Shown here in pieces: positions 36,002 to 46,500 of a DNA stretch of 64,000 bases. Below the pieces are notes generated by a model. The model had not been told where the DNA came from. It did not search any database and was given only the letters and a program-made list of their open reading frames with translations. A program made the position numbers and the translations under genes. The stretch comes from a virus (lineage: Duplodnaviria > Caudoviricetes), in the IMG/VR virus record IMGVR_UViG_3300009979_000004, positions 24,837-88,836 of that record. One strand, 5' to 3'. Position 1 is the stretch's first letter; the number at the start of each line of letters is the position of its first letter.

Positions 36002-36310
36002 TTATGTTTCAGTTATTTTAACTCCGGCTATATCATTAAATACAGATGCTGCCATGAATTCTAAATCACCATCCTGTGAAGCCAGACTAATATCTGTATT
36101 TGCAGATACGATAGCTTCTGCAAATACTTTAGTCATATCACCATTTAGTATCTGATATCCTAATTTATGTCTCTTGTCTCCCAACTCTATCTTGTCAGGA
36201 TTAAGGGCTTCACCGACTACATTTACTGCTGTCTTCTTCACTGCTATTTTTACTCTCTTCATAAAGTCTTCTACTTCAAGAAGATTTGCTTGTTCTAAAA
36301 AGTTTCCCAT
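36002..36310 (-). CDS. hypothetical tail-associated protein
   Basis: 102-aa ORF after the fibre genes. Confidence 0.7.
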   Translation of the reverse strand: MGNFLEQANLLEVEDFMKRVKIAVKKTAVNVVGEALNPDKIELGDKRHKLGYQILNGDMTKVFAEAIVSANTDISLASQDGDLEFMAASVFNDIAGVKITET

Positions 36311-36343
36311 TGATTGTATTATTTAGTTTTTATAGAATCTCCC

Positions 36344-37855
36344 TTACAGATTCTTAATTACTGTTACTTTAAAAGTTCCACTGGGAGGGTCATCTGCTAC
36401 CAGTCCGGCATTAAAATATCTAACTGTTACCGTATTGGCGTTGGATACCCAGGCAAACCATCCAGCACATTTAGTTGGCACTGATCCATTAGGAATGCCT
36501 AAGGCAACACAGTCTCCCAGGGCTGCTCCTGTCAGTGTCATTGTCAGATCACTATAAGTCTGGGCCAGTGTATTTGGAAAGTTAAGTATCGCAGATGCAG
36601 TCAAAATCTTTGCTACTTGGAATCTTGCTCCATTTGTACAGCAATAAAAGTTGGTTCCGTCAAAACTTCCGAACTCTCCGTTTTCAATATCTCCCAAAGT
36701 ACCAGAGTTGATCTTTAAAGAAGCTCCAGATGCTCCTGCAACACATCCGGTTAAATGTAAAAATGCGGTAGCTGCTGCTCCTGTTCCTATACTAACCTTA
36801 TTGGCTGTGCTTAGTCTTATTGTTTCAGTCCCATTGGATCGAAGAACTAAAGAACTACCAGCTGTTGCTCCAAAAAACCCAACATTCGCCGCTTGATAGC
36901 CTCCACTTATTGTATAGTTTGTTCCATCTGTATACCTAAATGCTCCAGTATTTGCTGCCGAGGTTGTAACTGAAAGCTGTGCACTCGTGTTATCTGTTGG
37001 CCCTACTGTTAATGCTCCATTGATATAGGAATTGCCTACTACACTAAAGGGCTTACCCGGAGACATATTGTTGATACCAACATCTCCACTCTGAGTAATC
37101 CATATCTGTGGAGTGGTTGTTCCAAATATTCCTGCTCTTAATCCTGCTCCTTTTTGACCATAACACTCAATCTGATCCGTGTCTGCTCCTGTATACTCTC
37201 TTACACATACATAAGGTGTTGTTGCATCAAACCTATCTCCAAATGCTAATACTGCACCTGCTCCAGTTCCGAATAGATGAAGTCCAAAATCAGCTGTACC
37301 AGTTGATCCCCTTCTCAGGTAACCGTTTGTTCCATCGAATACCCATCTGTCACTATTGCCTAATTTTACTGTAACATCCTGACCACCTACAGTAGTACCA
37401 AAAGAGAAGGCAACGGTATCTCCACCTTTTGTGACCTTGTTATTTATCTGAGTCTGAATAGGAGCTGTTACATTCTTTAAATTAGCCAGCTCTGTTAAGT
37501 TAGGATATGTCGCAGTATCAGCAGCAGAGATAAATCCTGATGCATTGGTGATGACTATTCTATTAGCTGTTAAAGCAGCTAACTTGCTTACAGAAATTCC
37601 AGCAGCTGCATTAACGTCTGCATCTATTATTACTCCTGCACTTATAGCTGCTATTCCTGTATTACCTATAGTAATATCTCCACTTATAGTCTGTATCTGA
37701 GGACGATTTCCTAAGTCACCTATCCATATTGATCCATTGGTCAGTTCTGGAAGATCCTCTGTTACTGCTACTCTGAATCCTGGAATATCAGGACCTCCTA
37801 ATGCAGGACCTGCTAGTATCTTATTTGCTGCCTGTTTTATATTATCGTTAGCCAT
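36344..37855 (-). CDS. tail fibre / receptor-binding protein
   Basis: Gly/Thr/Ala-rich; fibre-type GDVGI and VSIGT repeats; C-terminal ..AWVS..NTVTVRY beta domain. Confidence 0.75.
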   Translation of the reverse strand: MANDNIKQAANKILAGPALGGPDIPGFRVAVTEDLPELTNGSIWIGDLGNRPQIQTISGDITIGNTGIAAISAGVIIDADVNAAAGISVSKLAALTANRIVITNASGFISAADTATYPNLTELANLKNVTAPIQTQINNKVTKGGDTVAFSFGTTVGGQDVTVKLGNSDRWVFDGTNGYLRRGSTGTADFGLHLFGTGAGAVLAFGDRFDATTPYVCVREYTGADTDQIECYGQKGAGLRAGIFGTTTPQIWITQSGDVGINNMSPGKPFSVVGNSYINGALTVGPTDNTSAQLSVTTSAANTGAFRYTDGTNYTISGGYQAANVGFFGATAGSSLVLRSNGTETIRLSTANKVSIGTGAAATAFLHLTGCVAGASGASLKINSGTLGDIENGEFGSFDGTNFYCCTNGARFQVAKILTASAILNFPNTLAQTYSDLTMTLTGAALGDCVALGIPNGSVPTKCAGWFAWVSNANTVTVRYFNAGLVADDPPSGTFKVTVIKNL

Positions 37856-40800
37856 TATGGTAAAGTTGTTATTAGTAGATAAATGTCTACAGAGCCGGCA
37901 CCTGCTGCATTCAGATTAGCTCCTGTAGAAACAGCCTGCATCCTTATAGAAGTAGCTGCTCCAAAATTCTCAGGAGTCTTCTCTTTAAATGATGGAGAAT
38001 ATCCAAACACAGTGTTTCCAGCTGCCTGAAATACATCAAATGGATCAATGTACCGTGTAAAGTCTGCAACCAGTCCTAGTGACAATGTGTAAGTTGCTAT
38101 TGCTCCACCTGTAAATGAAGCTGTATGTTTTATAATAGCAGATTGAATCATTGCTCTGGCTGGAAGACTGTAGATCTCAATATCGTTATTTGTAGCAGCT
38201 GCTGAGAAGTCTGCAAAAGTCTTGGTAATCTTAATCCACTGACCAGCTCCGTCTCCCCATGAAGATACTCCATTGGCATCTGACACAAGAACCTTACCCA
38301 ATCCCTCAGTTCCATTCACTAGTCTGAATTGTCCTACCACATGAAGTCTCTCTGTAGGTATAGTGATACCAATACCTACTTTGGTGTCAGTCAGAGCAGT
38401 ATTCACTCCATTTATAGATCCTAATACCATGCAGTCGCTCGCTCCCACGTATGCTTTATATCCAATAGCAGTAGCGTTGGTCAGGTTATTAACACCTACA
38501 TCCGCCTGATATCCCAAAGCTGTATTAGCACTTCCCGTGGTATTAGTTCCAAGAGATATACCCCCTATTGCTGTATTTTCAGAACCTGTAGTATTGTTCT
38601 GCAAAGTACTACTACCTATACAGGTGTTAGAACTTCCGGTAGTATTAGTATCAAGAGCTGAGTATCCTACTGCTGTGTTGAATCCTCCGGAAGTGGTTGC
38701 AATCATTGTCTCTCTTCCTATTGCAATGTTACCACTTGCTTCTGCTATCATAAGGGCAGCGCTTCCCACTGCTACGTTATAATTTCCCGTAATATTACCG
38801 CCAAGGGCTAGTACACCTATACCGATATTTGCTTCTCCAGTCATGTTGGCAGTAAGAGCCAGTGCTCCAAATGCAGTGTTTCCTGATCCAGTAGTATTAG
38901 CAGTGAGAGCAGAAGCTCCTACAGCTGTTCCTCTTGTAGCAGTTGTAACTAATAATGCCTGATACCCAATGGCCGTACATTCTATTGCTGTAAGATTTGC
39001 AAATAGAGCGGACTTTCCTACAGCCGTATTTCTCAAACCAGTAGTGTTAGACCTCATAGCCTGATATCCAACTGCAGTATTATCATTTACTGTATTCGAG
39101 AATAAGGCTTCTAAGCCTATTGCCGTATTATTATTCCCGGTAGAATTATTGCTGAGGGATTGATATCCTAGAGCAGTATTGGCGATACCAGTTGTGTTGG
39201 TAGCCATTGAAATGGCTCCAATAGCTGTATTGGTGTTACCCGCTGCATTGTTTAGCAGTGCCTGATGACCTATGCCTGTATTGCTTGTGCCTACATTCAC
39301 ATTTCCTGCCTGATAACCTAACAATACTACTCCATTAGGCCTGTCTATTCTACCAGCTTTCTGATTGTTAATTCTTATATTAAAGGCTACATCATCTGTA
39401 GTTCCTATAAAGTTTGTGCCATCTATTGTTCCTGCGTTTCCTAGCAGTTTCCAGTCATTTCCCTCATCTATTGGAATTACAATTTCTCCTTGGGCATTAG
39501 CTACTACACCATTAACAGAAATTGGAATAGTGAGATTGTTTAACACAGAATCAGGCATTTGAAACACTCTTACTTCAGTCAGATTATCTATTCTTAACTC
39601 AATAGAATCTTCTGCTGCATCCTTATTCATATAGATATAAGGGAGTCCAGCAGCATCTGTCTTAATAATTATACCTGCATCATTAGCTGTATTACGAATT
39701 AATATTCCAAATAGATCATTGCTAATTAGAATATTTCCATTGTGTATGTGTAATTTCTCTTCTGGTAAAGTTATTCCGATACCAACTTGAGTATCTGTTA
39801 AAGCTCCGTTTATTCCATTAATTGATCCTAATATTAATGTATCATTTGCGCCTGCAAAAGCCTTTGCACCAATAGCGGTAGCATTAGACATTCCAATTGC
39901 ACTTGAGCTCTGATACCCAACGTAGGTATTTTCTGTACCTGTTGTAACCAAGAATCCTGATAAAAATCCTATGGCAGTGTTACTATTACCAGTAGTTTTT
40001 GATTGCATGGCATTACTACCAACTGCTGTATTCTGTCCAGCATTATTAAGAGTAAATAAGGCGTTTACACCAACTGCAGTATTATCAGTTCCTAATGCTG
40101 CTGTGAACAATGCTTCAAATCCAATAGCTGTATTTTCAGATGTCAGGTTTCCTGCAAAGCCTGCTCTTGATCCCAAGAAAGTATTTGCTGTGTCTATATC
40201 TATTCTACCAGCAGGAAGATTATTCACTCTGAAATTCATAGGCACATTATCTGTTGTACCCAAGAAATTAGTTCCGTCTATAGTACCAGCATTTCCTAGC
40301 AATGCCCATGCATCAGGGATTATGGCTCCTACGTCCTGCCATTCACCTACACCATTTGCATCTGATGTCCATATCTTGTTAAGACCTTCGTTACCTGTAG
40401 TAAACCTTGGATTACCTGCGTGCACATGGAGCTTTTCTGTTGGTATAGTTATACCTATACCTATAAATGTATCTGCAGTTGCTCCATTTGTACCATTAAT
40501 TGATCCGAGGACCATTGAATTGTCTGCTTCTACATAGGCGTTAGCTCCTATCGCTGTAGCATTCTCTAGTTGAGGATCTCCTACATCGGCAGATTTTCCA
40601 AGTCCAGTATTGCTAAGTCCATCAGCATTTGAAAGAAGGGCCAGATGTCCTACTGCTGTATTACCCCCACCATGTATATTACTGCTAAGTGCAAAGTATC
40701 CTACAGCTGTATTATTATTGCCATCCTGGCTGTTTCCTAATGAAGATACACCTACAGCAACGTTTCCTGATCCTTCTGAATTGGTTATGAGTGCATTGGA

Positions 40801-42369
40801 TCCGAACGCTGAGTTATCTATACCAACTCCTGTTCCTGCCATGGCATTATAACCAAAAGCTGAATTTCCGGTACCACCACCAATGATGGCTCCTGCAAGA
40901 TAGCCGAATAGCGTATTTGCGTTTATATGATCTATCTCTCCTGAGAAGATATTATTTACCCTGAACCTCAACTGAGCATTGTCCGTTGTACCTAGGAAAT
41001 TAATGAGTGGATTTGTTCCTGCATTTCCTAAGAGCAGCCATGCGTTGTTTGGTCCTATGATTGCTGCTATGGGAGAAGAGAACAACTCTCCATTGTTTCC
41101 AGTATGCAAAAAGTTTGTAGGAACTACCCCATCATCTCTTACTGAAGGATACGTAGGAAACCAGATTTCCTGTGGTTGAGCAAATGTGTTCACCTGGAAG
41201 TAAGGGTCTACCTGAGTTCCCATTCGTATTCCAAAGTGATCCAGTAAGATGGAAGCAGTGCCCTGTATGTCATCAATTACTGTCCACTGTATGGACTTCC
41301 AAGATTGGTCTGCTATTGTTTGTCTTGTATTTAGTTTAATAGCAGTTACTATAAACTTATTGTCGTTTGGAGAATCTTCTAAAAGGACATCTGTTGTTAC
41401 AAGTGCTCCATTGTTAACTGACTCAAACAGTAGCTTGAAATCTCCGGTAGTTACTGCAGTACTTTCTATGAGTGGTCCACCCAGCTTCACAAATCCACCA
41501 TCCAAATGCAGGCCATTATTTGCCAGTACACCGGACTGGTTTACCATCGTCCACTGAACTCCATCCCATCCAAGCACCTGACCAACTACTGCATTGGTAT
41601 CTACAAGATCATCTACGTTACTTAATTCTCCCAACGTATGAGTATGAGGTGGGACTTCATTATTAAAAGGAATAGCTACTTCTTCTATGGCTACAATTCT
41701 ACCATATTGATCTACTGTTATCTTTGGTACCAGCAATGCGTTTCCATAGATTCCTGGAACAAGTCCCGGTATGATAGCAAGGTCTATGATGGTAGGATTG
41801 GCTACTGCATCCTGATTCGTTAAAACTATTCGACCGTTAGAACCAAAAATGGATCTGAATACCCACGTATTGGGAGCTGTCTTTACTAGGTATCCTGTAC
41901 CATCTAAATCTGCTATTGCCTGAAGGTCAGGATCCAAAGCATTATTAGCTATCTCCTGTACATCTATATTGGTAATGTGTCCCCACTGATCAACTGTTAT
42001 TATGGGGAAATGAGTTGCATCTCCATAAGTGCCTGCTACTATTCCTGATACTGCATGAGATATTACTCCATTGGGAGTATCATACTCAATTGGAAGCACT
42101 GCAGAAATAGATTCACGGGCCCGTTGTACTGTGAAGTACAGATTGATATTGCCTTCAGGAATATCATCTGTATTTAGAAGAACTACTCCGTCTTTTCCGT
42201 TTACTGATATTACACAACACCCCTTCTGATTCTCAGGCAGTACTTCATCTTCTTTAGATTCCAATACCAGTCCTCCATTTGTGCAAATGCAGTTATCAGA
42301 GATAACCTCTTCCAGATTGAAAGGGTTATTGATACTTATGTCTCCGCATCCGCAATTGTTGTCAGCCAT
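37855..42369 (-). CDS. long tail fibre with YadA/Hep_Hag-like repeats
   Basis: Many NTA(V/I)G..AL repeats; three W.LLGNAGT...NF.GTTD modules; TVDQ.G.I neck repeats. Confidence 0.82.
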   Translation of the reverse strand: MADNNCGCGDISINNPFNLEEVISDNCICTNGGLVLESKEDEVLPENQKGCCVISVNGKDGVVLLNTDDIPEGNINLYFTVQRARESISAVLPIEYDTPNGVISHAVSGIVAGTYGDATHFPIITVDQWGHITNIDVQEIANNALDPDLQAIADLDGTGYLVKTAPNTWVFRSIFGSNGRIVLTNQDAVANPTIIDLAIIPGLVPGIYGNALLVPKITVDQYGRIVAIEEVAIPFNNEVPPHTHTLGELSNVDDLVDTNAVVGQVLGWDGVQWTMVNQSGVLANNGLHLDGGFVKLGGPLIESTAVTTGDFKLLFESVNNGALVTTDVLLEDSPNDNKFIVTAIKLNTRQTIADQSWKSIQWTVIDDIQGTASILLDHFGIRMGTQVDPYFQVNTFAQPQEIWFPTYPSVRDDGVVPTNFLHTGNNGELFSSPIAAIIGPNNAWLLLGNAGTNPLINFLGTTDNAQLRFRVNNIFSGEIDHINANTLFGYLAGAIIGGGTGNSAFGYNAMAGTGVGIDNSAFGSNALITNSEGSGNVAVGVSSLGNSQDGNNNTAVGYFALSSNIHGGGNTAVGHLALLSNADGLSNTGLGKSADVGDPQLENATAIGANAYVEADNSMVLGSINGTNGATADTFIGIGITIPTEKLHVHAGNPRFTTGNEGLNKIWTSDANGVGEWQDVGAIIPDAWALLGNAGTIDGTNFLGTTDNVPMNFRVNNLPAGRIDIDTANTFLGSRAGFAGNLTSENTAIGFEALFTAALGTDNTAVGVNALFTLNNAGQNTAVGSNAMQSKTTGNSNTAIGFLSGFLVTTGTENTYVGYQSSSAIGMSNATAIGAKAFAGANDTLILGSINGINGALTDTQVGIGITLPEEKLHIHNGNILISNDLFGILIRNTANDAGIIIKTDAAGLPYIYMNKDAAEDSIELRIDNLTEVRVFQMPDSVLNNLTIPISVNGVVANAQGEIVIPIDEGNDWKLLGNAGTIDGTNFIGTTDDVAFNIRINNQKAGRIDRPNGVVLLGYQAGNVNVGTSNTGIGHQALLNNAAGNTNTAIGAISMATNTTGIANTALGYQSLSNNSTGNNNTAIGLEALFSNTVNDNTAVGYQAMRSNTTGLRNTAVGKSALFANLTAIECTAIGYQALLVTTATRGTAVGASALTANTTGSGNTAFGALALTANMTGEANIGIGVLALGGNITGNYNVAVGSAALMIAEASGNIAIGRETMIATTSGGFNTAVGYSALDTNTTGSSNTCIGSSTLQNNTTGSENTAIGGISLGTNTTGSANTALGYQADVGVNNLTNATAIGYKAYVGASDCMVLGSINGVNTALTDTKVGIGITIPTERLHVVGQFRLVNGTEGLGKVLVSDANGVSSWGDGAGQWIKITKTFADFSAAATNNDIEIYSLPARAMIQSAIIKHTASFTGGAIATYTLSLGLVADFTRYIDPFDVFQAAGNTVFGYSPSFKEKTPENFGAATSIRMQAVSTGANLNAAGAGSVDIYLLITTLP

Positions 42370-42381
42370 TTTTGATTTGTT

Positions 42382-42696
42382 TTAGATATTTGGGTTACAA
42401 CATACTATCTGAAGCTCTTCTACTTTTCCTATAATTGCAATCAGATCTTTTTCTGTCAGGTAATTACAGGATTCCTCGTCACAGCACCAGGTACTGAGAG
42501 CATACAAATACAGGTACAGGCATTTGGTCTTCAGTGTATTACCAGGTACGTCTTTACAGGTACTCTTTGCTATTCCATATAATTTCAAGTACTCGTTTTC
42601 CAGTATCAAATCACTGAGCGTCAAGAGCCCTTTATTATATGCCGACTTTATCTCTTCTTCAGAAATACTGTTTAACAGGTTGCACATGGTTTGCAA
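42382..42696 (-). CDS. Cys-rich putative structural protein
   Basis: 104-aa ORF in the tail operon. Confidence 0.65.
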   Translation of the reverse strand: MQTMCNLLNSISEEEIKSAYNKGLLTLSDLILENEYLKLYGIAKSTCKDVPGNTLKTKCLYLYLYALSTWCCDEESCNYLTEKDLIAIIGKVEELQIVCCNPNI

Positions 42697-43430
42697 TTTT
42701 TGTTTTTACCATTCAATAGAATAGCTATATTATGAGCCTGAATATAATTTCCGCAACTGAATTTTATCTGAGCTGCAAGTTTCAACAATACTTTATCCAT
42801 TAGAGGATTGGCAGTGCAATCATCACATCCACAATCTGTATGTGCCATAGCTCCTATTTCTTTAACCAGTAAACTTTCTGCTGTATTTAATACAAGGATT
42901 TTGGTAGAAGCAGTATACCACTTTATAAGAGTCATTGGATCAACTGCTTCCCATGCAGTAAACAGCTCTAACTGTCCCAGGGTGCTATTCTTGCTCTTGA
43001 TCTTGAATAACTTGGTAGGATCACTTGGATCTGATACATAGGTCACGTTTCCGAATGCTTCATCAAAAGCAGCGTCTACAATGCCTACATCCAGTTTCAG
43101 ATTGTCTGAGTTTGGAACTATTGACCATACTAATAAGGTATTCACTCCATATTGCACATATATATTGAATACTCCATCTTTCAACTGAGCTGTAGCTTTT
43201 AAGCCTGTATCCATTGTACCTTCTGTAGAAGCAACTTCCTTGACGGCTTCTCCGAGATATTGATATTGTGGAACAAAATAATCTACATCTGCATAGTTGG
43301 CAGGTCCTCCGGGAGCTCCGTATCCTCCAGGATTTGTATTAACGTCATAAGGTTCCGTGGCATCTTTTACAATAAAGTAAGAGCTGTCCTTCGGAACCTC
43401 TACAATGGTTATCTTGGGCTGAAATGACAT
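42672..43430 (-). CDS. putative tail/structural protein
   Basis: NPGGYGAPGGP motif and Cys-rich C-terminus; lies between the RNAP and fibre genes. Confidence 0.65.
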   Translation of the reverse strand: MSFQPKITIVEVPKDSSYFIVKDATEPYDVNTNPGGYGAPGGPANYADVDYFVPQYQYLGEAVKEVASTEGTMDTGLKATAQLKDGVFNIYVQYGVNTLLVWSIVPNSDNLKLDVGIVDAAFDEAFGNVTYVSDPSDPTKLFKIKSKNSTLGQLELFTAWEAVDPMTLIKWYTASTKILVLNTAESLLVKEIGAMAHTDCGCDDCTANPLMDKVLLKLAAQIKFSCGNYIQAHNIAILLNGKNKNCKPCATC

Positions 43431-43503
43431 ATTAGTATGTTATTCGGTAAAAATACTCATAAGATGAGAATTCTTATCCGAATCATTTCTTACTGTGTAG
43501 CTT

Positions 43504-46500
43504 CTATCGTGCTATAGTACTGATGTCTCTTTCGCTCATGTATTGTATCTTTGGGATTAGATTTACTATTGGAATTGCTCTAAAGACTTTCTTCACAGCT
43601 TTAGTACCCGCATCTTTCTTTTCATAGTCCCTGTCGCTCATAAAGGGAAGTTTTCCTACTGCCTTTATTGCCCTACCTATATCCATCGGTACATTGACAG
43701 AGGGAACCAAGTTACCCAACACCTGATCAAATACTTCAGGACTGCTATATAGTGCCAGATCCTGGTAACTCCTTGTAAGCATGTTCAGGATAAGCATATT
43801 GGTGTTCACTGCATCTTTTCCCTGTCTTCTCCTTCTTCTCTTTTCTTCCTCGTCCGGGCCCATCAACTTTAGTGCCATAATAGCTCCCAGGAACATAGAG
43901 GTATAAGTTATACCGGCAAGATTCTTTCTCATGTTTTCCTTGTCTACATCACTTAATTCATTTCCATCTTTCTTTAGTGTACCGGCAAAAGGGTCTGACT
44001 TTGTGAATACTGACATTATCTGCCTCAACAGAGTTTTTGCTGATGCAGGTATTCCTAACTCTTTCATTGTTCTCCATCTTCCTTTAACCCATCTGCCCAG
44101 TTGTTCATCGTAATACTCCTTACCCCATCTGGTATTGATACCCTCCGGAAGCCATGATAGCCTGAACTGTCCTATAAGTCTTCCCAGCATATATTTCTTA
44201 GCAAGCAGTGGCTGGTTCTTATCCTGGTTACCGAATACTATGGTGGAAACTTTTCTGGATTTATCCCTGAATTTATTCCACTCTGTTTGTTCTTCTATAT
44301 TTTCAGCGGACCATAGTCTATTCTCTCCATACTTCTCCTCATTCCATTCTCCGTTTTCATTGATCGCTTCGTATAGTGGTATCATCTTTTTCTGACCATC
44401 AATTTCTACTTCAACCTGTCTGTTTCTCATCATGGCTAAGACCATAGCTCCCTTAGTCAGATAGTCACCACTCTTTTGCCAGCCAAACGGATCTATGATT
44501 TTTCTGAAGCCAGATTTCTGTTTTGATTGCAGATTGGATTTTCCATACATGGTTTCCAGGATCTCACTTATCACACCTATGCGATCCATTATGTTTCTAA
44601 CCTTCTTTGATTCTCCAACTTCCACAGAGTTGAACGCATAAGATCTTGCAATACTTCCTCTCATTTTCTTTAGTCCCCAACGGTAGTCTGCAGGAGTATA
44701 ATCAACTTTTCCATAAGCATGAATAAATCCACTCATTACACCGAATGTAAGGTTATTGATAGCAGAGAAAGGGTTAAATGAAAGCGCCTTTAGCTGATTG
44801 ATTCCGATCATCACATCAGCAGCTTTACTCCCGGTTAGGTACCTGGCATTGTCTTCATACTTCTTTAATTCTGTTTCAAGTTCGTCTATTCGTTGCTGTG
44901 AGTTAGATATTATTATATTTCCTTCTTCATCAAATAGTTCTTCTTCTCCTTTCAATTTATCCAATTCCTTTTTAATCTCTACCACTCTTTTCTCTATCTT
45001 CTTATTCTTCATGGGGTTAAGATCGTATATAGGATGCTCGGAGACCATTTCCAGCTTCTTCGGCTTCTTGAATACCAACATGTCTTTGTAGAATTTTATA
45101 GACTCACTTAGATGTTTCAGAGACTCTTCTTCATTCCCCAGCTTACGTTGTACATCTACATCGTGTACCAATCTTTCTACAGTTTCTACTACTTCCTGAA
45201 CTGGTCTCATATTCTTATAATGAATAGCCATGTTTCCAAACATCTCAAATATCTTTGGCAGGTCCCTGCTCAGATCCTCTGTATCTTTTCTACCCTTGTT
45301 CAAAAAGTTTATAGGAATTTCGTCTATAGCTACACGATCCTTATCAGATTGAGACACTGAAAAAGCGTTTAGAACTTTCTGTCTTGCTTCAGAGATTGAG
45401 AACTTCGTCAGCATACTGTAGAAGTTGTTCACGTCCTGAGTTGTAACGATAGGCAGGAAGTTATCTCTTAGCTTCTTACTTTCATTCGGTGGTAGGTAAT
45501 CTCTGAAAGTTTCACTCATGTCTACAAACTCTTTGTAAACTTCTTTCAGCTTCTCATCTTTCTGAATCTCCTGGTACTTAGTATCAAACCACTTCTCATT
45601 TTTTCTAGGAACAAATTGTGGTAAGAACTCCAAATTATGACTAAATTTAGAATCTCCGGAACTACGAGTTTGTGTACCGATGAAAGAGGCAGGAGAGTTT
45701 CTATGTATCCATAGGGCTTTGTATTGTTCAATCTTTTTCTTTAGTGCTTCTTTCTTCAGCTTGTCCAATTCTTTTGCCTGATCTTCTTCAGACATTGTGC
45801 CCTTTTGTTCTGATGTTAGCTGAATCTTTGATAAGTCTTTCTCACTTAACTCTGTTTCATCCAGAGCTTCAAATGCTGTAGACTTATGCTCCAGGTATTC
45901 CTGGTATTCACTTAATGCTTTCTCAACAGCTTTATCTACCACATCTTTGTCTCCTGATATGTTCAGCAATCTCTCATATTCTGCAGTTGACATTTCATTG
46001 TTCAATCTTTCTCCTGTATCCAGATCTATCAATTTTCGGATATCTATAACCGTTCCATATTTATTTATAGTTTCCCAATACTTTGAGAAAGCTTTCTTCT
46101 TGTCTTCTTTTTTAGCAGCCTCAAAAGCTATGCTTCCTTTTGTATCCTCAGCATTGTTAATCCTGGTATTGATTCTCTTAATAGTATTGCTGAGATCATA
46201 CCGGGCTTTGCTGGTACTCCTATACCATTCTACACTTAAAGGTTGCACTAGACCAAAGGATTTTCCATCTTCTGATTCCTGGATAAATTTGTTCCAGATC
46301 TTATCTACGTTTTTGCTGCTACCAGCAATTTTCAAGACATCTTTTTCAATTTTATCCAGTCTCTTCTTTAACCTATTTTGTTCTTCATCACTATTATTAG
46401 CACCTTGTTGTCCGATAGATGTCATTAACTGGATGGCTGGATTTCTATCCCTGGACAGAGTTAATGCATACTTCCCTAAACCAGAGTTAGCCTTGAGATT

